Shown here: positions 33,434 through 46,491 of the stretch, piece by piece
How positions within the stretch are numbered: position 1 is the first letter of the stretch
How the letters are laid out: every line of letters begins with the position of its first letter
DNA from: an uncultured delta proteobacterium
Lineage (GTDB): Bacteria; Myxococcota_A; Polyangia; Fen-1088
Assembly (NCBI GenBank): GCA_963737265.1
Contig: CAVTRY010000011.1
Location: 768,001-832,000, forward strand
Direction of reading: 5' to 3'
Length of the DNA stretch: 64,000 nucleotides
The notes under the pieces: generated by a model
What the model saw: the letters and a program-made list of their open reading frames with translations, nothing else
What the model was told of the DNA's origin: nothing
The model's database searches: none
Position numbers and translations under genes: made by a program

Positions 33434-34765
33434 CTAGAGATCGTATACCTTGAGCTTGTCGTAGAGCGTGCGCAGGCCGATTCCCAAGCGCGCCGCCGTC
33501 TGCTTGCGATTGCCTCCGGTGGTCACTAGCATGCGCCGGATGGCTTCCCTTTCCAGATCCTCCAGCTTCTCGCCGCCCAGGCCGCTTGCGGCCTGAGAAG
33601 CCGGCGCTGGCGGCCCGGTCAGAATCAGCTCGGCGCCAATCGTGGTGCCCTCGACCAAGATGGCGGCGCGTTCGAGCACGTTGCCTAGCTCACGCACGTT
33701 TCCCGGCCAGTCATACGTCACCAGGCGGGCACGCGCGGCCTCGTTCAGCACGAGAGAAGGCGCACCCATCTGGCGCGAGATCCTCGCCAGCAGAGTGTCG
33801 GCCAACGGTAAAATATCCGCCAGCCGCTCGCGCAAGGGAGGTATGCGAATGGGAAACACCGCCAGCCGATGGTACAGATCCTCGCGGAACCGGCCCTCGC
33901 GCATCTCTTCGGCGAGATCGCAATTGGTCGCGGCGACCACGCGCAGGTCCACCTCGACCGTGCGCATACCACCCACCCGTTCGAAGCGCCTCTCTTGCAA
34001 CACGCGCAGAAGCTTGGCCTGAAGCTGCGGGCGCAACTCGGCCACCTCATCGAGGAACAAGGTCCCTCCATCCGCCAACTCGAACCGACCCCGGCGCTGC
34101 GCCACCGCGCCCGTGAACGCACCCTTCTCATGCCCGAACATCTCGCTTTCGAGCAGCGTGTCCGAGATGGCCGCGCAATTGACGGCCACGAACGGCCCCG
34201 CGGCGCGCCGACTTTCGCGGTGCAAGGCGCGCGACAGCACCTCCTTGCCGGTGCCGCTTTCGCCCAGCAGCAGCACGGTCGCATCGGTGGGCGCGACCTT
34301 CTTGACCTGTGCCAGAACCGCCTGCATAGCCTTGTCCTGCGCCACTACCGCTGGTTCGCCATCGTCGGTCGGATGCAGGCGCTGGGCTTCCTCGCGCAGT
34401 CGCCGGCGTTCGAGAGCGCGGCGCGCGATGAGACGAAGCTCGTCCGGGCCCGACAGCGGCTTGTTGAGATAGTCGAAGGCCCCCATCTTCATCGCTTCGA
34501 CCGCGCCCGCCACCGTCCCGTGTGCTGTCAGCACCATGACCTCGGTCTCGGGTGATTCGGAACGCGCCTTGCGCAGCAGCGCCATGCCGTCGAGTCCCGG
34601 CAGTTTCAGATCCGTGATCATCAGGTGAAACGATTCCCGGTCGAGAAACCGCGCCGCCGACTCACCGTCGGCAGCCAAGGTCACGCGCAGCCCTTCGCCC
34701 TCCAGAACCTCACCGACAAATGAGCGAATCCCCTCTTCATCATCGACAACAAGTACACGTTCCAC
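33434..34765 (-). CDS. sigma-54-dependent response regulator (NtrC family)
   Basis: REC domain, [22 protein letters not shown] and Fis HTH. Confidence 0.93.
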   Translation of the reverse strand: MERVLVVDDEEGIRSFVGEVLEGEGLRVTLAADGESAARFLDRESFHLMITDLKLPGLDGMALLRKARSESPETEVMVLTAHGTVAGAVEAMKMGAFDYLNKPLSGPDELRLIARRALERRRLREEAQRLHPTDDGEPAVVAQDKAMQAVLAQVKKVAPTDATVLLLGESGTGKEVLSRALHRESRRAAGPFVAVNCAAISDTLLESEMFGHEKGAFTGAVAQRRGRFELADGGTLFLDEVAELRPQLQAKLLRVLQERRFERVGGMRTVEVDLRVVAATNCDLAEEMREGRFREDLYHRLAVFPIRIPPLRERLADILPLADTLLARISRQMGAPSLVLNEAARARLVTYDWPGNVRELGNVLERAAILVEGTTIGAELILTGPPAPASQAASGLGGEKLEDLEREAIRRMLVTTGGNRKQTAARLGIGLRTLYDKLKVYDL

Positions 34766-34767
34766 GT

Positions 34768-36072
34768 TCAGGCTCCTTGCGTTCGCGGAGGCAGGGTCAC
34801 GCAAAAGACCGCGCCTCCGTCGGGATGGTTGTGGGCCGTGATAGCGCCGCCATGGCCCTCGACAATTCGGCGTGCCAGCGCCAGGCCAAGTCCGGTTCCC
34901 TTGGCCCGACGAGTGTAAAAAGGCTCGAACACGCGCTCTTCTTCGCCGGCCACGATCCCCTGCCCGCGATCGCGGACCTCGACTCGAAGATCGCGCTCCG
35001 GCTGAATGTCGACGGTGACGTCGACCCGCTGGCCCGATGGCGACGCATCGCGCGCGTTGCGCAGCAGATTGACCAGTACCTCTTCCATGCGCGCGCTATC
35101 GAGCGGCCACGTGGCGGGCCCGCCCCGCACATCGAGGTTCACCTCGGTGCCTCCGACGTTTGCAACCGCGTTGCGAACGATGGCCACCGGATCGGCCGGC
35201 TCGCAATGAACGGCTCCTGTGCGCGCGAATTCCAGCACCTGGCGCGAAAGCTCCTCTAGGCGCACGGTCTCGCGCAACACCACTTCGGCGCCCTTGCGCC
35301 CCGCGTGCTCAAGCGGGAGCTTTTCGAGCAGGAGCTGGACGTGGCCCTTGAGCGAGGCCAGGGGGTTCCTGATCTCGTGGCCAAGCACCGCCGACATTTG
35401 ACCCAGAATCTTGAGCTGACGGTCGTGTTCGATCTGCAACGACGCCTTTTCGGCGTGGCACGAGATGCGCCAAAAGAAGGCGGCGAGTCCCATAAGCACG
35501 GCTGCCGCGAGCAAGCTGACCCCGAGCGTGATGCCGGCACGCCAAACCAGCGCATGGGCCGCCGCCGAATCCACTTCGAAGCGGATCTCCTTGCCGTGCA
35601 GAGGATGCCGTTCGGCGTAAGCCTGCGAAGCCTCGACGTTCGGGTGCTGATTCGGTCCCGGCCCCACGGAATCGAGGGAATGCGCGGCGATGCGCGCGCT
35701 GGCACCGCCCGGACCAAAGGCGATGCTGACTGCCGGACCCAAGTGGCCGCCTGGGAGCCACCGCGTCTGCGTCGATGCGCTTCCAGCCTCTCCCACAACC
35801 GAATTGTCCGGGCCGAGCACCTCGACGAAACGCAGTCCCTGCGGCGCGAGCTCGGACAGGACTTCATGCATGACAGCCGGATTAATCTCTCCCGCCAAGC
35901 GCAGGGTTCGGCGAGCAGCGAACGCGATGCCAAGTGCCTGCCCGCGTGTGACGGTGGTCGCTGACTGGCGAACGCCGGAATAGACCCACGTTCCGGCCCC
36001 GACCAGCACCGCAGCCATCGCAAATGCGGACATGAGCAGGCCCCAACGGAGGTACACCGGCGAAGTTTTCAC
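34768..36072 (-). CDS. membrane sensor histidine kinase
   Basis: Two TM segments, GHEIRNPL H-box and GTGLGL; adjacent to the NtrC-type regulator. Confidence 0.9.
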   Translation of the reverse strand: MKTSPVYLRWGLLMSAFAMAAVLVGAGTWVYSGVRQSATTVTRGQALGIAFAARRTLRLAGEINPAVMHEVLSELAPQGLRFVEVLGPDNSVVGEAGSASTQTRWLPGGHLGPAVSIAFGPGGASARIAAHSLDSVGPGPNQHPNVEASQAYAERHPLHGKEIRFEVDSAAAHALVWRAGITLGVSLLAAAVLMGLAAFFWRISCHAEKASLQIEHDRQLKILGQMSAVLGHEIRNPLASLKGHVQLLLEKLPLEHAGRKGAEVVLRETVRLEELSRQVLEFARTGAVHCEPADPVAIVRNAVANVGGTEVNLDVRGGPATWPLDSARMEEVLVNLLRNARDASPSGQRVDVTVDIQPERDLRVEVRDRGQGIVAGEEERVFEPFYTRRAKGTGLGLALARRIVEGHGGAITAHNHPDGGAVFCVTLPPRTQGA

Positions 36073-36284
36073 CTGCTCGCAGATCCTTTCTCGCCTCTAC
36101 TCGCGCGCCGTCTCACTGCATCCATCATCGAATCCATCGCCTTGCGAAAGCATCCCCAGCAAGCATCGTGCCCATTGTCTCGTGCTATTCCACCGCGTGC
36201 TTCGCCATGCGACGAAAGCTTGCCATGCAGAATCCGCATTAGCCCGCTGCCGTTACGGCACGGTCGAACGAGGCGACGCTGGCC

Positions 36285-37379
36285 CTACTCGTCGTTGAGC
36301 GCGCTTGCAATGTCCTCGAACATGCCCTGCACCTCTTCGAAAGCGGCGAGCACGTCGGGGTCGAAGTAGCTCCGATTGCGAAGCGCCAAAGCGGCTCGGC
36401 ACTCGGAATGCGACAACGCCGGCTTGTAGCAACGCCGCGATCGGGCAGCGTCGTAGGAATCCGCGACGGCCATGATGCGCGCCGATAGCGGGATGTCCGT
36501 TCCGGCCAAGCCGGCCGGGTAGCCGTTGCCATCCCAACGCTCGTGGTGGCAGCGCGCGATCTCGATCCCCAAACGCAGAAATTCGTTGCGCGGATAGCGC
36601 GTCTTCACGGCTTCGAGCGTCTGCGCGCCGAGCGTTGTGTGCATCTTCATCTCGTCGAATTCGGGTGCCGTCAGCTCGCCTTGCTTGAGCAAGATGTGGT
36701 CGCGAATCGCGACCTTGCCGATGTCGTGCAGAGGACTGGCGAGAAACATGTTCTCGATGAAGGATTCCTCGATTCGCCCCGCATAGCTAGACTGCTCCGC
36801 CAGCGTGGCGGCCAACAACCGGCAGTACAACTGGACCCGCTCGATGTGTTTTCCGGTTTCGCCGTCGCGCGATTCGGCCAATTTGGCCAGTGCGAAGATG
36901 GTTGCCATCTGCGAATCGGAAATCTCCTGCACCTGCTCGCTGACCAGCTCGACCAAATGACGATTGTGTGCTTCGAGTTCCACCTGCAGTCGGCGCAAGC
37001 GCAGGTGGGTCTCGACGCGCATGCGTACCTCGGGAAACTGAAACGGCTTGGCGACGTAGTCGACGCCACCCGCGGTGAATGCCTTGACCTTGTCCCCCAC
37101 CTCATCGAGGGCGGAGAGGAAGATGACGGGTACGTCGCGCAGCCGCGGGTCTAGCTTGAGGCGGCGGCAAACCTCGAAACCGTCCACGGTCGGCATCACG
37201 ATGTCGAGCAGAATGAGGTCCGGAGGCAAGGATGTGGCGGCTGCGATGGCTGCGGCACCGTCGGACACAGCACGAGTGCGGTATCCCTCGCTACTCAGCA
37301 ATTCCCAAAGAATCCGCAGGTTTTCCGGCGTATCGTCGACGATCAGAATGTCGCCGTGCTTAGCACCTCTTTCACTCAT
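36285..37379 (-). CDS. REC + HD-GYP response regulator (RpfG-like c-di-GMP phosphodiesterase)
   Basis: IVDDTPEN receiver; LHDIGK, HHERWDGNGYP and ADSYDA motifs. Confidence 0.92.
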   Translation of the reverse strand: MSERGAKHGDILIVDDTPENLRILWELLSSEGYRTRAVSDGAAAIAAATSLPPDLILLDIVMPTVDGFEVCRRLKLDPRLRDVPVIFLSALDEVGDKVKAFTAGGVDYVAKPFQFPEVRMRVETHLRLRRLQVELEAHNRHLVELVSEQVQEISDSQMATIFALAKLAESRDGETGKHIERVQLYCRLLAATLAEQSSYAGRIEESFIENMFLASPLHDIGKVAIRDHILLKQGELTAPEFDEMKMHTTLGAQTLEAVKTRYPRNEFLRLGIEIARCHHERWDGNGYPAGLAGTDIPLSARIMAVADSYDAARSRRCYKPALSHSECRAALALRNRSYFDPDVLAAFEEVQGMFEDIASALNDE

Positions 37380-37557
37380 CGTTCGCTCCCGCTAACAACC
37401 GCGCCAGACAGTTTCCAAGATCGAGTCGGTCATGCGAGCCGTCAAAGTGGCGCGAGGATAGCCCAACGCCCGGCCTGATCGAAGCAATCCCGACGCAATT
37501 CTTGTGTCGGTGACCCGCCACTCGATCTCTCGAGCGGAGCTTGCTACGTTCTTCGCC

Positions 37558-40246
<2,689 letters not shown>

Positions 40247-40254
<8 letters not shown>

Positions 40255-41437
40255 ACTTGTAGCGGAAGAGCTTCATGCGTGGGGCTCCTGACACTTCGAA
40301 GAAGAAGCCGAATTCGAAGTTCACGAAGCCATGGCCAGCCTCGACCAGTTTATGGGGTGGGTTGAGGAAAGGCTGCGCCTCTTTGAAGGCTTCGACGGCG
40401 GTGTCGTCGAGGAAGTCCAAGCCGCAGGTGTGTTCCACCGAAACCTTGTCGAGCGAGCCGTCCGATTTCAGATTGACCTTGAGCAAGGTGTAGCGGTCTT
40501 CGGCGCCGTAGATCTTTCCCGTTGGATCGCGACGCTGATATTCCTCGGCGGGCTTCCAGTGATCCCGTACCCGTTCCTTCACCCGATTGAAAAACGTCGC
40601 ATAGACCCAGCGCTTGGCATTGAGAGCCGTCTCGCCACCGTCGTCCACGTCGGCCAAGTGATCCTGCGTACCGCTGCCCAGAGCGCGCGCGAGCTGTTGT
40701 TCCGACGGCACGAGTCCATAGAGGCCCGGCTGCGCCCCCGGCTCGGTTTCGGTTTCGTTCCGCGGCGCCGGCCTCGGCGCGCCGCTGCCGGCGTGCGAGA
40801 ACGCGCCGTTGGGATCGCTTGGCATTTGTTCTTCGCTGCCGGGCTGATCCTCCTGTCCAGTTTCGCCGGCCCGTGGACGCGACATCCTTTTTTGCTCCGC
40901 CGGCATGCGCATCGCCAGCGGCCCTGGCGACGCGGGCGCCTCCGAAGGATTAGGGGTCAGGGCCGGCGCGTTTCGTTTGTTGGGCTCAACCTCGCCGGTG
41001 TGCCGCTGTTGCGAGTTGGGGTCGAATTTTCCATAGCGCTTGGTTTCCTTCTCGACCCAGGAATCGTACTCGGCGGCGTAGCGGGCCTCATCGGGCCGAC
41101 GCTCGTCGCGCGGGCGTGGCAGGTCGACGACCTGGCCGGGCGCCTTGATCGCTTCCTCTTCCTTCTTGAGCTCTTCTTTCTTGGCCTTCTCTTCCTGGTG
41201 TTCGAGGTCGGCGATGATCTTGCGCGCGGTATCTTCGTCCACCGTACTGACCGAGATGGGCTCGGCGCGGGCCGCATCCTCGCGCCGTCTCGCCTCGATG
41301 TCGGCCTGGCGCGGAGCCCAGAAATAGAGCGCGACGCCCACGACCAGTCCGACCTCGGCGTGAATGACCAACGCCAGCGCAATCCATCGTAGGATGGAGG
41401 CGCGCTTGCCGCGCTTGGGTCGGTCGGTGCTGGCCAT
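40247..41437 (-). CDS. TonB-family energy transducer
   Basis: N-terminal TM with His (LVIH), Pro-rich spacer, and TonB_C-like C-terminus (GLDFLDDTAVEAFKEAQPF). Confidence 0.8.
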
Positions 41438-41499
41438 GGGAAACCTTCGGCTCTTAGCACACTATTCTAGCCGTCTACCGCAATCTGCAACCAGGACCA

Positions 41500-42077
41500 G
41501 GGTGCCTCCCTGAAACGGGGGCCCCAGCCGGGGGCTCGGTGAGGTAGCAACTTCTGGCGGAGTGCCGCCGAAAACGCAGATATGGAACAGCGAGGAACGG
41601 AGAAACAGAGACAGGATGACTTTACTGGGCAAATTATCGCCGCCTGCATCGAAGTCCACCGTCACCTCGGTCCCGGGCTGCTTGAGTCGGCCTACGAGCA
41701 CTGCCTGGCGCGCGAGCTAGGCCTGCGTGGATTTCGCACGCAACGTCAGGTCGCGATTCCTCTGCAGTACAAAGGCATTGACCTCGACTGCGGCTATCGC
41801 CTCGACCTCATGGTGGAAGGCCGTTTGGTCATCGAAGTCAAGGCGGTAGAGCGGTTGCTTCCTGTCCACTTGGCACAGGTCATTACCTATCTCAAGCTCC
41901 TACGACTGCCGGTGGGCCTGCTCGTCAATTTCCACGTCCCCGTACTTCGCGAGGGTCTCCGCCGCCTCTCAACCCAACCCGTGATCCCTCTGGTCCTCCG
42001 TTCCTCCCTGTTTTTCCCTCCGATCCCACCTGCGCGGGGCGAGGTGAAGCCCCAGCCCCCATTTCAGGGAAGCACCC
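41500..42077. mobile_element. non-autonomous TIR element (MITE/cassette-like, 578 bp) carrying a GxxExxY gene; 9-bp TSD
   Basis: TIRs GGGTGCCTCCCTGAAACGGGGGC (41500-41522) and GCCCCCATTTCAGGGAAGCACCC (42055-42077) are 21/23 complementary. CCAGGACCA sits directly on both sides (41491-41499 and 42078-42086). Confidence 0.8.
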
Positions 42078-42097
42078 CCAGGACCAGCATCACCTGA
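41582..42097 (+). CDS. GxxExxY protein (PD-(D/E)XK nuclease-like)
   Basis: LGPGLLESAYE, YRLDLMVE, IEVKAV and GLLVNF motifs. Confidence 0.93.
   Translation: MEQRGTEKQRQDDFTGQIIAACIEVHRHLGPGLLESAYEHCLARELGLRGFRTQRQVAIPLQYKGIDLDCGYRLDLMVEGRLVIEVKAVERLLPVHLAQVITYLKLLRLPVGLLVNFHVPVLREGLRRLSTQPVIPLVLRSSLFFPPIPPARGEVKPQPPFQGSTPRTSIT
41586..42012. repeat. inner 25-bp inverted repeat enclosing the GxxExxY core
   Basis: AACAGCGAGGAACGGAGAAACAGAG (41586-41610) and CTCTGGTCCTCCGTTCCTCCCTGTT (41988-42012) are 22/25 complementary. Confidence 0.8.
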
Positions 42098-43325
42098 CGA
42101 CGGGATTCTGGAATGGCACACGGACGGAAAGCGCCAGCGCCCGGCCGGGCGGCGAGAACGGCGCGGCCCGCCTGACCGCGGCCATCGCTTCCTCGTCGAA
42201 TTCGATAAATCCCGCGGACTTGACCACCTCGATGCGTCCGGCCAGGCGTCCATCCGCGGCCACGACGAACGCGAGAATCGTCTCGCCCTGTTCGAGCATC
42301 AAGGCCAGGTGCTGCGGAAACCGCAAAAACCGATCGATGCGCCGCCGGATATCAAGCTCGTGGTGGGCACGTAGACGTTGGTTGGCGTCGTCGCCGGAAT
42401 TTTCAGCGGCCCCAGCACCATGAGCTCCCATCGGGGACGGTGCGCTTCCCTTGGAGAAAACCGCGACCGCCCCGGGACCCGCGCCGGAGCCGCGCCCGAG
42501 ATTGCCGTTCTTCGGCCCGGGCGCCGAAGCAGCCGAGAAATCCATCCTGCCCGGGTGCACGTCGTCCGAAAGCAGCGGTGCCGAGCGCGAATCACGCGCC
42601 GGCCCTTCCTGGCCGACGTCAAAACGACGATCGCCTCGCTCGGCATCGAGCGGCCCCGAACCGCGAACCACGCTCGTTCCGGATGCCGCGAGCCTGGGCT
42701 TTTCATCGGACGGCAGAACTACGCGGTCGTTCTCGTCGAGCTCATCCGCGGGCAGAGCCATCACGGGACGACTCTCTGCATGCAACAGTTGGGTGCGCGC
42801 CAGATCGCCGACGCCGACCGAAGGCTCGCGCCGTTCGGCTTGCCTTGAGCTGGCGGTTCTCGCCGTGCGCTCATGCTCGGGCTCATAGAGCCGCGCGCCG
42901 TTGGTCAGCCGTTCGTGCATCGTCGAGCGATCCAAACGAAAGGCCGGCGCAATCGTCTTTCCCGTGCCGATCCCCTGATCCGGCGCTGGAGCTCGCTCCC
43001 CGACGAGAATTCCGGCGCTGGCGCGATCGCTCGGATCCAAAGCGAAGACGTCACTCGATTCGCCTTCGCCGGTCGCAACGGACAAAGACTCGGACGGCAA
43101 CTTCGAAGGCGGTACGAGATCGACCCAAATCGGCGGCGTGGCGTCGACTTCGCCAAGGCTGCAGGGCGGTGACGGCTTCGGACTCGCCGCGCGTGCCGCG
43201 CGCCACAGAGGCAAAACCGCGGCAACGACGAACAGGCCATGAGCTCCGAGCGAAAATGCGATCGCACCCGCCAGTCCAGCGTTGGCTCGCGACCTTGTCC
43301 TGTGCGCTGCGCCCTGGATCCGCAC
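42090..43325 (-). CDS. TonB-family protein
   Basis: TM with SxxxH (SLGAH), low-complexity spacer and TonB_C (KSAGFIEFDEEAMAAVRRAAPF). Start approximate. Confidence 0.72.
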   Translation of the reverse strand: MRIQGAAHRTRSRANAGLAGAIAFSLGAHGLFVVAAVLPLWRAARAASPKPSPPCSLGEVDATPPIWVDLVPPSKLPSESLSVATGEGESSDVFALDPSDRASAGILVGERAPAPDQGIGTGKTIAPAFRLDRSTMHERLTNGARLYEPEHERTARTASSRQAERREPSVGVGDLARTQLLHAESRPVMALPADELDENDRVVLPSDEKPRLAASGTSVVRGSGPLDAERGDRRFDVGQEGPARDSRSAPLLSDDVHPGRMDFSAASAPGPKNGNLGRGSGAGPGAVAVFSKGSAPSPMGAHGAGAAENSGDDANQRLRAHHELDIRRRIDRFLRFPQHLALMLEQGETILAFVVAADGRLAGRIEVVKSAGFIEFDEEAMAAVRRAAPFSPPGRALALSVRVPFQNPVVR

Positions 43326-43374
43326 GACGTCCTTCCCTAGAGTACCACGCACCCATGGACCAGACCGGAGCCCG

Positions 43375-44136
43375 ATGACTACGCCCCGCACGACCGCGCC
43401 CACCCGCGACAGAGCGGAACACGACCTGCTGCACGAAGTTGGCCGCGCCGTCGCACACTTCGACCTGATTTCAGCCGGGGATCGCATCATGGTCGCGCTT
43501 TCCGGCGGCAAGGACAGCTACGCCTTGTTGCTCTTGCTTGAAACCCTGCGCCGCCGGGCGCCCGTCGAATTCACGCTGGTTGGCGTGCATCTCGACCAGG
43601 CTCAGCCCGGCCACGATCCGGCGCCTCTTGCCGGCTGGCTGACCACGCACGGCTTCGAGCACCTCATCGTGCGTGAAGACACCTACTCGATCGTGAAGGA
43701 AACTGTCCCCGAGGGGCGGACCCCGTGCTCGATGTGCGCGCGTCTCCGCCGCGCCATTCTCTACCGTGCCGCGGACGAGCTCGGTTGCAACAAGATCGCC
43801 CTCGGACATCACCGGGACGACGCACTTGAAACCCTGCTGCTCAATCTATTTTTCGCGGGAAAGATCGCATCCATGCCGGCGCGCCTGACCAGCGACGACG
43901 GCGCGCACGTTGTCATTCGCCCGCTGATCTACTGCGCGGAAAATGAGCTGGCGGACTTCGCGGCCAGCAGAAATGTTCCGCTGCTGCCGTGCAACCTGTG
44001 TGGGTCGCTGCCAAACGCGCAACGCAAACAGATGAAAACGCTGCTCGACCGGCTCGAAACCGAACACCCGAACCTTCGCCAAACCATGCTGGCGGCGCTC
44101 GGGAACGTGACACTGAGCCACCTGCTGATCAAGTAA
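43375..44136 (+). CDS. ttcA: tRNA 2-thiocytidine(32) synthetase
   Basis: SGGKDS PP-loop, CSMC, GHHRDD, IRPL and CNLCGS motifs. Confidence 0.93.
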   Translation: MTTPRTTAPTRDRAEHDLLHEVGRAVAHFDLISAGDRIMVALSGGKDSYALLLLLETLRRRAPVEFTLVGVHLDQAQPGHDPAPLAGWLTTHGFEHLIVREDTYSIVKETVPEGRTPCSMCARLRRAILYRAADELGCNKIALGHHRDDALETLLLNLFFAGKIASMPARLTSDDGAHVVIRPLIYCAENELADFAASRNVPLLPCNLCGSLPNAQRKQMKTLLDRLETEHPNLRQTMLAALGNVTLSHLLIK

Positions 44137-44152
44137 GGATCCGCGTGGACCG

Positions 44153-45196
44153 CTACTTGTCGACGCCGTCGCGCGTGTCCACGGCCTGCTTCAGCTTGTG
44201 GCACCTTTGCAAAAGGTCCATGTATTGCGTCTGGAAGATCTTCACGTAGCGGCGTTCCTTGGCCTTGCGGGTGAGCGCCTCGCGCACTTCCACGAGCTGG
44301 GTGAGCAAATCGCCTGGGACGAGAAAGCGCGGGACCAGCACGTGCAGTCGGCTCTGATCGATCACCCTCACGTCGCCGGCCTGTTCCGCCGTCGGCGACC
44401 TAAACACCATGGCGACGACGCTCGGGACCGACGCCTTGATGCTCTTGACCACCATGCTGCCCGAGAGATCCGGCAGAGTTTCCTTGGCCACGAGAACCGT
44501 CGGCGGGATCTGCGTGGCGCTGTCGAGGGCCTCGCCCCCGCTTTGCACGTGCCGGAAGCGCCAACCTTTTTCCTCGGACAGATCTTTTTCGAGCGCGTTC
44601 GCGAGAGCGCTGTCGTCGTCGACCAAAAGTAGATTGATGGCACCGAGCCCGCTGGCGGTGGACGAAACGCCACCCTCGCGTTCGAGCAACTTGTCGTTGG
44701 AATCTGTCGCCTGCCGGGAAAGCGCCATCATTTTGCGCAGCAACTCTTCGTTGAGGTCGACAAGATCGGTGAGGAGTTGCTCCCGTCCCATGGCCGACTT
44801 GATGTCGCTCGCCGCCTTGACCACCCGGTCGCGCAGGTGGCGCACGTGCTCGCGCGACTTGGGAATCACGTCGGTGGCGCCGGCGCGAAAGACCGGTGCA
44901 ATGGCATCGAAGCCGATGCGACGGCTCATCACGATGACGGCGGTGAGCGGCGAGCGCTCCTTGACGAACTTGATGAGATCGATCGCGGCGCCCTCGGTCG
45001 GCGTGTCGAGATCGGTGAGCACGACAGGAAAGAACCGATTGGCGACTTGGTCCTTGGCGCGTTCGATGTCCGCCAGCGCCGTCACCGTCAGTCCAGCCTC
45101 ACGCAGCAGGCGCTCGGCACCCCGGCGAACGCTCTCATCGCCGTCGAGGACGAGGATCTCCGGCCCTGACTCGGGCTGGCTGTCTGGTGAGCTCAC
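44153..45196 (-). CDS. response regulator with two receiver-like domains and a coiled coil
   Basis: First REC ends VVLTDLDTP; second REC starts LLLVDDD and has K at the phosphoacceptor position. Confidence 0.75.
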   Translation of the reverse strand: MSSPDSQPESGPEILVLDGDESVRRGAERLLREAGLTVTALADIERAKDQVANRFFPVVLTDLDTPTEGAAIDLIKFVKERSPLTAVIVMSRRIGFDAIAPVFRAGATDVIPKSREHVRHLRDRVVKAASDIKSAMGREQLLTDLVDLNEELLRKMMALSRQATDSNDKLLEREGGVSSTASGLGAINLLLVDDDSALANALEKDLSEEKGWRFRHVQSGGEALDSATQIPPTVLVAKETLPDLSGSMVVKSIKASVPSVVAMVFRSPTAEQAGDVRVIDQSRLHVLVPRFLVPGDLLTQLVEVREALTRKAKERRYVKIFQTQYMDLLQRCHKLKQAVDTRDGVDK

Positions 45197-45286
45197 GGTC
45201 TATGAACGTAGGGGAGACCGGACAAAAGGTCAAAAGACGCGTTAGCAGCGCTCGTGGTACCCTGGGGTCCCGGGCGACCGGTAATC

Positions 45287-46489
45287 ATGGTCAACGTTCT
45301 CGACAAAGTGCTTGGGGCGGCTCGCCAACTCGGCGCCTCGGACGTTCATCTCAAGGTCGGCTTGCCGCCCATCTTCCGGGTCAAAGGCGACCTGCGCACC
45401 GTCGCCAACGTGCCGCCGCTCACCAAGGAAGCCATCGAGGAATTCGGCTTCAGCATGATGAACGCTCGGCAGCGGGACATCTTCGACAAGAACTGGGACG
45501 TGGATCTCGCGTACTCGACCCAAGAAGGGTACCGCTACCGCGTGAACGTGCTTCAGCAGCGCGGCTTCATGGGCGTCGTCATGCGCCTCATCCCGCCCAA
45601 CGTGCCGCCCTTCGATCGCCTGAATTTGCCGCCCAGGGTGCTCAGCCTGGCGGATGAAGAGCGCGGACTGGTCCTGGTTACCGGCATTACCGGCTCGGGC
45701 AAGTCGACCACCCTAGCCGCCATGGTGGACTACATCAACTCGAACCGAGCGGTCCACATCGTCACCATCGAAGACCCCATCGAGTACGCCTTCAAGGATC
45801 GACGCAGCGTCATCAACCAGCGCGAGATCGGTTTCGACACCACGTCGTTCGCGCGTGCCCTGCGCGCTTCGTTGCGCCAGGATCCCGATGTCATTCTTGT
45901 CGGTGAAATGCGCGATCTCGAAACCACCGAAATCGCCCTCACCGCAGCCGAAACGGGCCACCTCGTGCTCTCGACCTTGCACACCGTCGACGCCGTCGAA
46001 ACCGTCAACCGCATCGTGGCGCTCTACCCGCCCCACCAGCAGGGGCAGGCGCGCCTGCAGCTTTGCGCGGTCCTCAAGGGCGTGGTCTCGCAGCGCCTGG
46101 TGACCCGCGCCGACAACCAGGGCATGGTTCCGGCGGTGGAAATTCTCATCAACACCGCGCGGGTCAAGGAATTGATCGCCGACGGCAAGCGCACGCGCGA
46201 GATCCACGAGGCCATTGCCACCGGTCGCGATCCCTACGGCATGATCAGCTTCGACCAATCACTCACCGAGTTGGTCAGGAATCGCTTCGTCACCTATGAC
46301 GAGGCCCTGTCCAACGCAACCAACGCCGACGATTTCGCGCTCTACTTTCGCGGTGTCAGCAAGGGCGGCAGCGCGGGAGCGGATTTCAATCCAGGCGCCG
46401 CAGGGAGATCGGGCTACACGCCAACCCCGTCCACCGCCACGCCGGGATCCGCCGGCGACTTCCAGATCGAACGCTTCAAGGACAAGTAG
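45287..46489 (+). CDS. pilT: type IV pilus retraction ATPase (PilT/PilU family)
   Basis: ASDVH, GITGSGKSTT, TIEDPIE, LRQDPDVILVGEMRD and GHLVLSTLHT motifs. Confidence 0.9.
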   Translation: MVNVLDKVLGAARQLGASDVHLKVGLPPIFRVKGDLRTVANVPPLTKEAIEEFGFSMMNARQRDIFDKNWDVDLAYSTQEGYRYRVNVLQQRGFMGVVMRLIPPNVPPFDRLNLPPRVLSLADEERGLVLVTGITGSGKSTTLAAMVDYINSNRAVHIVTIEDPIEYAFKDRRSVINQREIGFDTTSFARALRASLRQDPDVILVGEMRDLETTEIALTAAETGHLVLSTLHTVDAVETVNRIVALYPPHQQGQARLQLCAVLKGVVSQRLVTRADNQGMVPAVEILINTARVKELIADGKRTREIHEAIATGRDPYGMISFDQSLTELVRNRFVTYDEALSNATNADDFALYFRGVSKGGSAGADFNPGAAGRSGYTPTPSTATPGSAGDFQIERFKDK

Positions 46490-46491
46490 CG

